Origin: a bacterium
GTDB lineage: Bacteria; Zixibacteria; MSB-5A5; GN15; FEB-12
Assembly: GCA_029211095.1 (NCBI GenBank)
Contig: JARGFS010000002.1
Span: 1-52,161 of the forward strand
Length of the DNA stretch: 52,161 nucleotides
Direction: 5' to 3'
A program made the translations under genes and the position numbers. The notes under the pieces were generated by a model that was not told where the DNA came from, ran no database searches, and saw only the letters and a list, made by a program, of their open reading frames with translations. Each line of letters opens with the position of its first letter. Position 1 is the first letter of the stretch. Shown in pieces: positions 1 through 8,609 of this stretch.

Positions 1-2
1 AT

Positions 3-51
3 ATGGCAGGTCACAATCCGCTTGGAGCGGATCAAGACCAGCCATAACACA
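3..51 (+). repeat. 49-nt imperfect palindromic repeat (REP/BIME-like), copy A. It is an inverted copy of 45283..45331.
   Basis: atggcaggtcacaatccgct...gcggatcaagaccagccataacaca matches the reverse complement of 45283..45331 at 42/49 positions, counted by hand. It contains internal inverted repeats tggcaggtc/gaccagcca and atccgc/gcggat. It lies at the window edge, so it may extend further. Confidence 0.75.
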
Positions 52-146
52 AATCAGGGTTTATCAACAAGCCCTTTATGGTGGGGGTGGATTGACAGAT
101 CACGTCACCGGAATTTGGGGTCCAGTGCGCAAGAGAAGAAAACTGG

Positions 147-166
147 ATTCCAGCGTTCGCTGGAAT
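147..166. repeat. Short GC-rich hairpin (attccagcg-tt-cgctggaat) in the 3' flank of fdx
   Basis: Perfect 9-nt inverted repeat read directly. It is preceded by a second stem, tccagt-N15-actgga, at 121..146. I found no other copy in the window. Confidence 0.5.
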
Positions 167-329
167 GACTTGTAACATAAACTTGCTTACCAGACGGTCA
201 TGTCCGTCAGACTGGGTTTAGATGAAGGGGGATTCCATCAACAACAACTATGCTTCGACAGGCTCTGCATGACTTGTATCGGTATGGGGAGTATTCTGAA
301 GGCAGGAGGTAAGACGAATGATGCGGAAT

Positions 330-647
330 CTAAAACGTATCGTCGTCCCAGGTCGATTCGGTCTCCGGAATCCGGACCACCAAATCCTGCGTGACAAGAG
401 CCTGACAGGCTAAGCGAGAATTGTCCGTGAGCCCTTCGGCTTCATCCAGCATATCTTCTTCATCTTCGGAGACTTCATTGAGAGATTCAGCCCCGGATTC
501 AACAATGACATGGCAGGTGGAGCAAGCGCAGTTACCGCCGCAGTTGTGATTGATATGGATGTTGTTCTCAAGAGCGGCATCAAGAATCGACATCCCCTCT
601 TTGACTTCGATAGTTACATCCTTGGGCAAAAACTGAACTTTTGGCAT
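330..647 (-). CDS. fdx: ISC-type [2Fe-2S] ferredoxin
   Basis: MPKVQFLP... N-terminus and the Cys motif CGGNCACSTCH...RLACQ are typical of adrenodoxin/Fdx-type ferredoxins. GGAG lies about 12 nt upstream of this ATG. The ORF track's upstream ATG at 698 is an alternative start. Confidence 0.9.
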   Translation of the reverse strand: MPKVQFLPKDVTIEVKEGMSILDAALENNIHINHNCGGNCACSTCHVIVESGAESLNEVSEDEEDMLDEAEGLTDNSRLACQALVTQDLVVRIPETESTWDDDTF

Positions 648-704
648 TACAATATTGCTCCGGTCTCTAATCGTTGCTTCCTGGGACTCACTCATCACAA
701 AATC

Positions 705-950
705 TCACTTTCTACGCCAGACCACTATATGGTCATGCTCATTTCCGTACCGTACGGATTTTGCCTGCCCTACCAGTTTAGCCGTTATCATCATATAGGC
801 AAACGGGGGGATCAGGGTCGAACAACCACGAACAAGGACTTTTTTGTCCGTATAATTTCCCCAGTGATGGGCGTCCACTTTTTGGATGAATATATCCTCA
901 GAAAAGAGGCCGTTGTCAAGGAATTCGTTGGGATCAACTACTTCAAACAC
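705..950 (-). CDS. Small conserved hypothetical protein resembling the C-terminal half of DUF2480
   Basis: KKVLVRGCSTLIPPFAYMMITAKLVGQAKSVRYGNE resembles the DUF2480 pattern (GCS..P..AY....KL.P.AKS..YGE) as I recall it. The ATG at 1091 would overlap iscA by 134 nt, so I propose the in-frame GTG at 950. That start is uncertain and has no clear SD. Confidence 0.45.
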   Translation of the reverse strand: MFEVVDPNEFLDNGLFSEDIFIQKVDAHHWGNYTDKKVLVRGCSTLIPPFAYMMITAKLVGQAKSVRYGNEHDHIVVWRRK

Positions 951-957
951 AGGATTA

Positions 958-1314
958 CTAACAACTGAACGAGGAGCCGCAACCGCAGGACCTTTTGGCG
1001 TTTGGATTGTCGAAACTAAAGCCGCCCCCCAGCAGTCCGCCCTTAAAGTCCAGGGTAGTGCCGGACAGATGGCGAAGCGCCTGCAGGTCAACCAGCACTT
1101 TTAGTCCTTCGAAATCAAATTCCCGGTCAAATTCTTTCTTTTCGGTGTCAAACTCCATTGAGTAGGACATGCCACTGCAGCCTCCGGCAGCCACAGCCAG
1201 ACGGAGATAGAGGTTGTCCTCTTTTTCCTTGGCCAATAGTCTTTGAACTTCGGCAACGGCGGAGGATGTAACAGTTATCGGAGTGCCGACAGCGGTTTTA
1301 TTGGTATCAGTCAT
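958..1314 (-). CDS. iscA: HesB/IscA-family iron-sulfur cluster insertion protein
   Basis: AAGGCSGMSY motif and C-terminal CGCGSSFSC. AAGGAG SD lies upstream of the ATG. Confidence 0.92.
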   Translation of the reverse strand: MTDTNKTAVGTPITVTSSAVAEVQRLLAKEKEDNLYLRLAVAAGGCSGMSYSMEFDTEKKEFDREFDFEGLKVLVDLQALRHLSGTTLDFKGGLLGGGFSFDNPNAKRSCGCGSSFSC

Positions 1315-1682
1315 TTTATGTACTCCTTCAATTAATAGTCATCTGGCCATCGGCCAGAGAAGCCATCTGGAATTAGCAAAACAGCCCGTCCGGGTAAAGG
1401 TTCCCGGAAAGTCCGTTGTTTTCTCTCTCAATGATACGGGAGGCGATCCGGCCTATTTGTTCTTTTTTTGGCGACGGTCAAATGACAATACCGTGACCTT
1501 TTTGGTCGACTATCAGAGATAAAATAGACTTTGGATACAAGAAGGTGCGCTTTTTTGTGGACATAATGTATCTTTTTACGTATAATCAGCAAGCTGCGAA
1601 TATGGAACTGTCGATTTATTATTCGACCTTTCTAAATTCACTAAACGACCACGAAGTGAGCAACAGTTAAGAAAGGTAAGCA

Positions 1683-2096
1683 ATGAGGCTTTCTCGCAAA
1701 TCAGATTACGCTCTTAGAGCCGTAAAACACATGGCCAATCTGCCCACGGGTAAGCTGGGTTCTATCAATTCCGTATCGGAAGCGGAGACAATTCCGCGTG
1801 AGTTCCTGGCCAAGATACTAAAAGACCTGACCCGCAGCGGAATCCTGGTCTCGTACCAGGGAGTTACCGGCGGCTACCGTCTGGCCAAGGTCCCCAAAGA
1901 TGTGACTTTTCTCGATGTTATTGAGGCTATCGATGGTCCCATTCATCTCAACCTCTGCACCGAAGATTCCGGCTGTCGCTGCGAGCAGTACAAGACCTGT
2001 CAGCTGAAGGCGTTCTGGGAAAACCAGGAAGTAGCTTTCAAGAAAGCTCTCGGCAAAGAGCACTTTGGAAAGTACCGTAAAGGGCGCTCCAAGTAG
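1683..2096 (+). CDS. Rrf2-family transcriptional regulator (IscR-like, with a Cys cluster)
   Basis: MRLSRKSDYALRAV... wHTH N-terminus. Cys cluster C-x5-C-x-C-x5-C (LCTEDSGCRCEQYKTC). Divergent from the iscA-fdx genes. Confidence 0.88.
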   Translation: MRLSRKSDYALRAVKHMANLPTGKLGSINSVSEAETIPREFLAKILKDLTRSGILVSYQGVTGGYRLAKVPKDVTFLDVIEAIDGPIHLNLCTEDSGCRCEQYKTCQLKAFWENQEVAFKKALGKEHFGKYRKGRSK

Positions 2097-2143
2097 TAAA
2101 CGAATCCAGTTTTTTTCATTGAAAAGACCTGTCTAAAAACTTG

Positions 2144-2172
2144 CAGGGGCTTGTGTTCAAGCCCCTGTTTTT
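2144..2172 (+). terminator. Rho-independent terminator after the Rrf2 gene
   Basis: caggggctt-gtgttc-aagcccctg forms a 9-bp stem and is followed by ttttt. Confidence 0.75.
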
Positions 2173-2271
2173 AGTATAATACTATGCTTGACATGACTTC
2201 CCGCAAGACGAGGAAGTTCCGGATAATAATATCTATGAGGCGCCAGGCGCCCTCTGGACAGGAGATTCGAT

Positions 2272-3156
2272 ATGATTGATTTTAACGATAAGCAGCATAA
2301 AGTGAAAGTTGGTCTGGCAGAAATGCTGAAGGGCGGTGTCATCATGGATGTGACCACGCCAGAGCAGGCCAAAATCGCCGAAGAAGCCGGTGCGGCGGCA
2401 GTGATGGCCCTGGAACGGGTTCCTTCGGATATTAGAGCCGATGGCGGTGTGGCCAGAATGGCCGACCCGGATATTATTGACGGGATCAAGCAAATTGTGA
2501 CAATTCCGGTCATGGCCAAGTGCCGTATCGGGCATATCTCCGAAGCGCGAGTGCTGGAGTCGATGGAAGTAGACTTTATTGACGAGTCCGAAGTTCTCAC
2601 CCCGGCGGACGAAAAATACCATGTCAACAAGTGGCCGTTTAAGGTGCCGTTTGTTTGCGGATGCCGCAACTTGGGCGAAGCGCTCCGGCGCATCTCCGAA
2701 GGAGCCGCGATGATACGGACCAAAGGGGAAGCGGGGACCGGAGATGTTTCGCACGCGGTTAAACACCTTCGCGAGATCAACTCGATCATGAAATCCCTGA
2801 CCGTCATGTCCGATGAAGAGCTGTTTGGAATTGCCAAAGACTATCGGGTATCAATTGACCTGGTCAGGATGGTTGCGAAAACAGGAAAACTCCCGGTTCC
2901 GAATTTTGCCGCCGGTGGAATCGCTACTCCGGCCGATGCTGCCCTCTGTATGGAACTGGGTGCCGAGGCTGTCTTTGTTGGGTCGGGAATTTTCAAATCC
3001 AACAATGAGGCAGAGCGGGCCAAAGCGATTGTCGATGCTACCACTCACTGGAAAGACTATACAATCATCGCCAATGCTTCGCGCGGTTTAGGCGAAGCTA
3101 TGAAAGGGATTCAGGCTTCGGCTATCCCGGACGAAGAGCTTTTGCAGACACGGTAG
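2272..3156 (+). CDS. pdxS: Pyridoxal 5'-phosphate synthase, lyase subunit PdxS
   Basis: [42 protein letters not shown] is a canonical PdxS/SNZ sequence. Confidence 0.97.
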   Translation: MIDFNDKQHKVKVGLAEMLKGGVIMDVTTPEQAKIAEEAGAAAVMALERVPSDIRADGGVARMADPDIIDGIKQIVTIPVMAKCRIGHISEARVLESMEVDFIDESEVLTPADEKYHVNKWPFKVPFVCGCRNLGEALRRISEGAAMIRTKGEAGTGDVSHAVKHLREINSIMKSLTVMSDEELFGIAKDYRVSIDLVRMVAKTGKLPVPNFAAGGIATPADAALCMELGAEAVFVGSGIFKSNNEAERAKAIVDATTHWKDYTIIANASRGLGEAMKGIQASAIPDEELLQTR

Positions 3157-3180
3157 AGCTACTACACGTTCTTGCACTAA

Positions 3181-3207
3181 AAACCCCCGAGATTCGGGGG
3201 TTTTTTG
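3181..3207 (+). terminator. Rho-independent terminator between pdxS and pdxT
   Basis: aaacccccga-gat-tcggggg followed by tttttt. Confidence 0.8.
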
Positions 3208-3368
3208 TTATCCGTCAGTTTTTAACAACCAAGGAAGCAGGAGCAGAGCAACAGTACTCCAGTGGCTCCCACACTACTAAACTGGTCGAAGATAATCGTA
3301 ACTACACAAGTGTCCAATCGCTGAGTAGTCCGTCACATTTTCCCCTTACCCGCCGCCACCGAAATCTG

Positions 3369-3374
3369 TATAAT
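3369..3374 (+). promoter_or_regulatory. Candidate -10 hexamer TATAAT, 6 nt upstream of the pdxT ATG
   Basis: ctgTATAATgataagATG. There is no SD between the hexamer and the start codon. The -35 region is weak (ttaccc). Confidence 0.3.
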
Positions 3375-3380
3375 GATAAG

Positions 3381-3989
3381 ATGAGAAATCTTGCAGACAA
3401 AACAGTCGGAGTGCTGGCTGTTCAGGGAGATTTTGAGCAGCACATTAGGCAGATAAAGCTGGTTGGGGCCAACGCCCGGGAAGTGAAACTGCCAAAAGAC
3501 CTGGCCGGGCTGGATGCCCTGATCCTGCCGGGCGGCGAATCGACCACTATGACCCTGCTGATAGACCGTTTCAATCTCCGGGAACCACTGGCTAACTTCA
3601 TTCGTTCTAAGCCGGTGTATGGCACCTGTGCCGGGATGATCCTGCTTTCAAAGAGAGTACTGGAAAATCAGGCTAAAGTGCAGACATTTGGTGCGATTGA
3701 CATAGATGTAGTAAGGAACGGGTACGGTCGGCAGCTGTTTTCTTCGGTTGAAGAGATTCAGATCAGCCTCAACGGTTCACTATCCAGCATGGCCGCTCTA
3801 TTTATCAGGGCGCCAAAAGTGGTTAGAACCGGAAAAGAGGTCAGAATTCTTGCTGAATTGGACAAACACGCCGTATTGGTTTCAGAAGGGAAATGTCTGG
3901 CAAGTAATTTCCATAGCGAGCTTGAAGGTGACACGCGCCTTCTCGAATTTTTTCTAAGTAATTTCTTGCCCCAAACGGACGATAATTAG
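3381..3989 (+). CDS. pdxT: Pyridoxal 5'-phosphate synthase, glutaminase subunit PdxT
   Basis: VGVLAVQGDFEQH..., LILPGGESTTM and GTCAGMILL form the class I glutamine amidotransferase triad context. Confidence 0.95.
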   Translation: MRNLADKTVGVLAVQGDFEQHIRQIKLVGANAREVKLPKDLAGLDALILPGGESTTMTLLIDRFNLREPLANFIRSKPVYGTCAGMILLSKRVLENQAKVQTFGAIDIDVVRNGYGRQLFSSVEEIQISLNGSLSSMAALFIRAPKVVRTGKEVRILAELDKHAVLVSEGKCLASNFHSELEGDTRLLEFFLSNFLPQTDDN

Positions 3990-4001
3990 TATATTTAATA
4001 G

Positions 4002-4964
4002 ATGCATAAAGTCCTTTATACACAATCGGTAGGTGACCGCTCGGCCCATGGGATCAGCCCCAAAGCTCCGCCCAAGAGAGAGCGGGCGATGGTGCCTCCG
4101 GCAAGGCTGCCTCGCTGGATGAAGACCGTGGTGAGGTTTGGCCCTGAGTACAATCGGGTGCATTCCATCCTCAGGGAGAACGGGTTGCATTCGGTCTGTC
4201 AGGAAGCGGCCTGTCCCAATATCAGGGAATGCTGGGATGAAGGGACCGCCACTTTCATGATTCTTGGAAAGCACTGTACCAGGACCTGCAATTTTTGTGA
4301 TGTAATTAAGGCCAAGCCGCTCGGACTGGACAAAGAAGAACCGGCCCGGGTAGCCAATGTGGTGGCCGAATTGAAATTAAAACAAGTAGTGATCACATCG
4401 GTTACAAGAGATGACTTGCCGGATGGGGGAGCTTCTATTTTTGCCCGGACTATAGAGCTCCTCCGAAGGCAGGATAAAGATGTAAAGGTTGAATTCCTCG
4501 TACCGGATTTTGGTGGGCGGATGGAGAGCGTTGATACTATTCTTGCCAGTGGTGTTGACGTCTTTGCCCATAACGTGGAAACAGTCGGCCGCCTGCATAA
4601 GCGAGTCCGGGGGAACGCGAAACTGGATCGTTCATTAGCGGTCCTGCGGCACGCCTCCAACTGCCCGGAGAGACCGGTTGTCAAATCCGGCCTGATGGTT
4701 GGGTTGGGGGAGACGGCCGAGGAGATAGTTGAGCTGATGCACCAGCTCTACGCCGCCGGTGTGGACATCCTGACTATCGGGCAGTACCTGCGTCCTTCGC
4801 CGGAGCACCTTCCGGTGGAGTTATATTATCTCCCCGAAGAATTTGACGAACTGGCCCGTATTGGTAAGGAGATCGGTCTGGGTCATGTAGAGGCCGGGCC
4901 GCTGGTGCGAAGTTCATATAAAGCATTCAATCAGTCGAAGGACCTACTGGAGAAAGCATGCTAA
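4002..4964 (+). CDS. lipA: Lipoyl synthase
   Basis: LHSVCQEAACPNIRECW and the radical-SAM motif CTRTCNFCDV. The start is uncertain; an alternative ATG is at 4089. Confidence 0.93.
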   Translation: MHKVLYTQSVGDRSAHGISPKAPPKRERAMVPPARLPRWMKTVVRFGPEYNRVHSILRENGLHSVCQEAACPNIRECWDEGTATFMILGKHCTRTCNFCDVIKAKPLGLDKEEPARVANVVAELKLKQVVITSVTRDDLPDGGASIFARTIELLRRQDKDVKVEFLVPDFGGRMESVDTILASGVDVFAHNVETVGRLHKRVRGNAKLDRSLAVLRHASNCPERPVVKSGLMVGLGETAEEIVELMHQLYAAGVDILTIGQYLRPSPEHLPVELYYLPEEFDELARIGKEIGLGHVEAGPLVRSSYKAFNQSKDLLEKAC

Positions 4965-5875
4965 AGCAGATTGTTATCGCCCGGTATCACGGGTTTTGTA
5001 TGGGCGTGAAACGGGCTATCAATATTGCCGAAGAAACATCGGCCAATGAGACGGGTCCGGTCACCATACTTAATGAGATTGTCCATAACGAGGCAGTCGT
5101 TAACCGGTTCAAGGATCAGGGGGTTGGTCAGGCGAAGCGCGTCGATGATATTGACCAGGGTACGCTCATAATCTCCGCTCATGGGGTGGCCCCGGCGGTG
5201 AAAGAAGAGGCGACGGCCAAGGGTGTCAGAGTTGTAGATGCCACCTGCCCGCTGGTTGAGAGAATATACGAGATTATTATAAGAGTTGTGGCTCGCGGAT
5301 ATCATGTGATTCATTTCGGCGAGATGCATCATGATGAGACTCTCGGCATTGTCGGGCATGCCCCTGACAGCATCACGGTCGTTTCATCGGTCGACGAGAT
5401 CAAAGCGCTGCCCGACTGGACGGAGCGCAAGCTCGGACTGACGGTACAGACGACGGCGCATGAAGAATCATTTGCGGACATTGAAAAGCTGGTCAAAGAG
5501 AAGTGGCCTCATATAGAGATTTTCAATACTATTTGCAACGCTACCAGTCAGCGACAGGCGGCAATTATGGACCTGGCCCCCAAGGTTGATATGGTTCTGG
5601 TGGTCGGTTCAAAAACTTCGGCTAATTCCATGCGTTTGGCCCAGATAGCAGACGCCATCTGCGGCAAGGGAATACTCATCGGGTCCGCGGCTGATATAAA
5701 TGATGACTGGATTGCCGAAGGCACCGGAGTTGAAAGAGTTGGTATTTCAGCCGGGGCATCTACGCCTGACTTTCTGGTTGAAGATGTTATCGAATCACTG
5801 GTAGAAAAATCAGGCGGTACGGCGGAAGTCATACAACCGGAACGCAGACGCAAGCGGGCACAAAAGAGTGCATAG
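4958..5875 (+). CDS. ispH: 4-hydroxy-3-methylbut-2-enyl diphosphate reductase
   Basis: GFCMGVKRAI, EIVHN, DATCPLV, NTICNATSQRQ and VVGSKTSANS motifs. The ATG overlaps the lipA stop (ATGCTAA). Confidence 0.95.
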   Translation: MLKQIVIARYHGFCMGVKRAINIAEETSANETGPVTILNEIVHNEAVVNRFKDQGVGQAKRVDDIDQGTLIISAHGVAPAVKEEATAKGVRVVDATCPLVERIYEIIIRVVARGYHVIHFGEMHHDETLGIVGHAPDSITVVSSVDEIKALPDWTERKLGLTVQTTAHEESFADIEKLVKEKWPHIEIFNTICNATSQRQAAIMDLAPKVDMVLVVGSKTSANSMRLAQIADAICGKGILIGSAADINDDWIAEGTGVERVGISAGASTPDFLVEDVIESLVEKSGGTAEVIQPERRRKRAQKSA

Positions 5876-5916
5876 CTTGTCGCATATCTCAAGAAACTAA
5901 CCAAGGATATTATTCA

Positions 5917-8142
5917 ATGGCATATTTAGGTGATCTGTTCATTTTCGGCGCGGCTGCGAGTAGCCTGTTATCATTGGTCTTTTATCTCCTCGTTTGGAGA
6001 GGGAAGGAAACTTACCGGGGATTGGCGCGGAATTTCTCCTGGCTAACCGCCGGGCTGATTACTTTGGCCATTGCCGATCTACTCTATCTGATCGTCACCC
6101 ATGACTTCACCGTGGCCTATGTCTATTCGTATTCTTCGACCGACCTTCCACTCGGATTCCTGATATCCTCGCTCTGGGGTGGTCAGGAAGGGACTTTTCT
6201 GCTTTGGATATTTTTTGTCTCCATCCTGAGTCTGGTGATGCTGCACACGGCCGGAAAGTTTGAAGCCAGCAATATGTTTTTTGTAAATCTCTTCCTGCTT
6301 TCGGTCATGCTGATAATAATCAAGAAATCTCCGTTTGAGCTGATGCCGGTCTTTCGCGCAGAAGGGGCGGGGTTGAATCCGTTGTTGCAGAATTTCTGGA
6401 TGCAAATTCATCCTCCCATCATGTTCGTCGGATTTTCAGGTGTTGTTTTTCCGTTTGCCTTTGCCATGACGGCTTTGGTGACCAGAAAGTATGCTACCTG
6501 GGCCGAGTCGGCTCGCCGCTGGACTCTTTTTGCCTGGGCCGCACTGGGGATTTCGCTGATTATGGGCGGCTATTGGGCCTATGTGACGCTCGGTTGGGGT
6601 GGCTTCTGGGCCTGGGATCCGGTTGAGAATTCCTCGTTCATCCCCTGGGTCTTTTTGACCGCGCAGGTGCACGCTCTCTTTATTAAACGTCAGCGTAGCG
6701 GACTGCTCCGATTCTCACTTATCGTGACCTGTATCTCGTTTTTGTCAGTATTGTACGGGACTTTCCTGACCCGGTCGGGAGTGCTGGCTGATTTCTCCGT
6801 ACATTCCTTTGTTGATCTGGGAATAAATCAATTTTTGATCAGCGGATTGCTCTTTTTCACGGCCCTCTCTCTTTTCTTTATTGTCTGGAGATGGCAGGAT
6901 ATTCATCCGGAGCCTTCATTTTCCACAGTTAATTCCCGTTCCTACCTGGTGACTCTGGGTGTCCTCATTCTCTCTTTGGGGGGGATGCTGGTTCTGGTGG
7001 GAACATCGGCTCCTCTGCTGACTCGGGTGACCGGGGAACCCTCGGCCGTTGGGCTGCCCTATTACTTTGCGACTATGACTCCGGTGGCCATTGTAGTGAT
7101 GTTCCTGATTACACTTGTCCCCGCCTACCGTTGGAACGAAGGTGTTGCTAAGCCGAAACTGCTTATCTCAGGTGCGATTGCAGCCGGATTGACCATTGCC
7201 GCCTTAATGACTTTTGGCGTTACTTTCAGAATTATCTATCTGCTCTTTTTTGGAATGGCTGCCTCGGCGCTGGTAACCAACGGCTGGGTGATAATTCAAT
7301 CCTGGCGGGCACGGAGTTTTATCCCGGGCTATCTGGCCCATGTCGGCTTGGCGATTGCAATGATCGGCGCGGCTGCTTCGGCCGGGTTTGAAAACAAGCA
7401 GACCATTACGCTCAGTCAGAACGAAATTACCGAGGCAATGGGCTACCAGATGCAATTCACCGATCTGGTTGAGAACAGTAAAGGCTTTGACTGTCATGTC
7501 GAAATCAGCGGCCCAGATGGAGATTTTCTGGCTGTTCTGCCCCACGAGTTTCCCAAGAATGCCGAAGGCGTGATGAGAAAGCCGTATGTTTCCAGCTATC
7601 TCATGTATGACCTGTATGTCGCGCCAGTGGCGTTTGAACCGGCCGAAGGTTCTGGGCCTGGAGAATTGATCCTTGAGAAGGGAGCCAGCGCGACGCTCGA
7701 CAAATATGAGATAACCTTCCATGAGTTTGATCTCGATAGTCATGATGAGAGCGGACCTGCGATTGCCTCGGCCAAAGTCACCGTCTCCTTTGATGGTAAA
7801 TCAGAAGACTTGGCTCCGGCCCTGAAAGTGACTGATGATGGCGTCGTTCCGGTGGGAGCATCGTTTGACTATGACAAGGGGACAATCTTTGTGTCCGGGA
7901 TAAGCCCGGAGAACGGTTCGGTTGTTCTACGAGTCGTGGGGGACTTCCTCAGCCCGGTTGACACCAAGTCGGCATCGTTGGTGATTGAGTTGTCTGAAAA
8001 ACCGCTGATTCTCCTCTTCTGGATAGGCTGTGTCGTTGTTTTCGGTTCGGGACTGCTCTCAATGAGGGAAAGACGCCGTCGCAAACGCTCAGAGAGAGTT
8101 CAGCAGAGCAATCGGTTGGTGCAAGAGACCGTCTCCGGTTAA
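5917..8142 (+). CDS. ccmF: CcmF/NrfE-type cytochrome c heme lyase (System I)
   Basis: The Trp-rich WWD motif WGGFWAWDPVENSSFIPW is CcmF-type. The protein is polytopic, with a soluble C-terminal domain and a terminal TM helix. Confidence 0.88.
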   Translation: MAYLGDLFIFGAAASSLLSLVFYLLVWRGKETYRGLARNFSWLTAGLITLAIADLLYLIVTHDFTVAYVYSYSSTDLPLGFLISSLWGGQEGTFLLWIFFVSILSLVMLHTAGKFEASNMFFVNLFLLSVMLIIIKKSPFELMPVFRAEGAGLNPLLQNFWMQIHPPIMFVGFSGVVFPFAFAMTALVTRKYATWAESARRWTLFAWAALGISLIMGGYWAYVTLGWGGFWAWDPVENSSFIPWVFLTAQVHALFIKRQRSGLLRFSLIVTCISFLSVLYGTFLTRSGVLADFSVHSFVDLGINQFLISGLLFFTALSLFFIVWRWQDIHPEPSFSTVNSRSYLVTLGVLILSLGGMLVLVGTSAPLLTRVTGEPSAVGLPYYFATMTPVAIVVMFLITLVPAYRWNEGVAKPKLLISGAIAAGLTIAALMTFGVTFRIIYLLFFGMAASALVTNGWVIIQSWRARSFIPGYLAHVGLAIAMIGAAASAGFENKQTITLSQNEITEAMGYQMQFTDLVENSKGFDCHVEISGPDGDFLAVLPHEFPKNAEGVMRKPYVSSYLMYDLYVAPVAFEPAEGSGPGELILEKGASATLDKYEITFHEFDLDSHDESGPAIASAKVTVSFDGKSEDLAPALKVTDDGVVPVGASFDYDKGTIFVSGISPENGSVVLRVVGDFLSPVDTKSASLVIELSEKPLILLFWIGCVVVFGSGLLSMRERRRRKRSERVQQSNRLVQETVSG

Positions 8143-8281
8143 GAAACCGATTGCATTTTCTCCATTCACGCGTATCTTCAGTGGACAAGTTGAACTGGCC
8201 GGTGCTTGTATAATTGGCGCACCGTTGAGATTGGTTGCCGTCGATCTCTTATGATCTCGTTACATACTTAGAAGGAAGGCG

Positions 8282-8590
8282 ATGTCACAGAAGATCAAGA
8301 TGGGAGTATTAGCGGATGTTCCACCCGGTGCAATTCTCGAGAAGAGGATCATGGCTCGGAGGGTTGCCGTCTTCAACGATAGTGGAAGATTGATCGGGAT
8401 GGAATCCGATTGTAAGCATATGCACGCATCACTGGCCAAAGGGGATATATCAAATGGAACTGTTACTTGTCCCTGGCACAGCTGGAAGTATGATCTCGCC
8501 TCCGGCAAGTGTCTGACGGTTGATAAGTTCTCACTAAAGAAGTACGATCTTGAAATTGAAGGGGAGACCATCTACCTGGTCTTGCCCTGA
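8282..8590 (+). CDS. Small Rieske [2Fe-2S] domain protein (NirD-like)
   Basis: CKH...(17 aa)...CPWH ligand motifs within a 102-aa protein. Confidence 0.8.
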   Translation: MSQKIKMGVLADVPPGAILEKRIMARRVAVFNDSGRLIGMESDCKHMHASLAKGDISNGTVTCPWHSWKYDLASGKCLTVDKFSLKKYDLEIEGETIYLVLP

Positions 8591-8609
8591 ATAACCTGCT
8601 GAGGCATTG

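Noticed and set aside
200-394. 64-aa plus-strand ORF overlapping the fdx 3' end
   Set aside because: It runs through hairpin-rich 3' flank sequence and overlaps fdx. It has no SD and no motif.
2157-2837. 226-aa and 177-aa minus-strand ORFs antisense to pdxS
   Set aside because: They are shadow ORFs within a canonical pdxS, with no supporting motifs.
4002-4088. Possible mis-annotated N-terminal extension of lipA
   Set aside because: LipA proteins commonly carry 30-40 residues before the (K/R)P.W(M/L)K motif. Both the 4002 and 4089 starts are plausible, so this is not treated as an anomaly.
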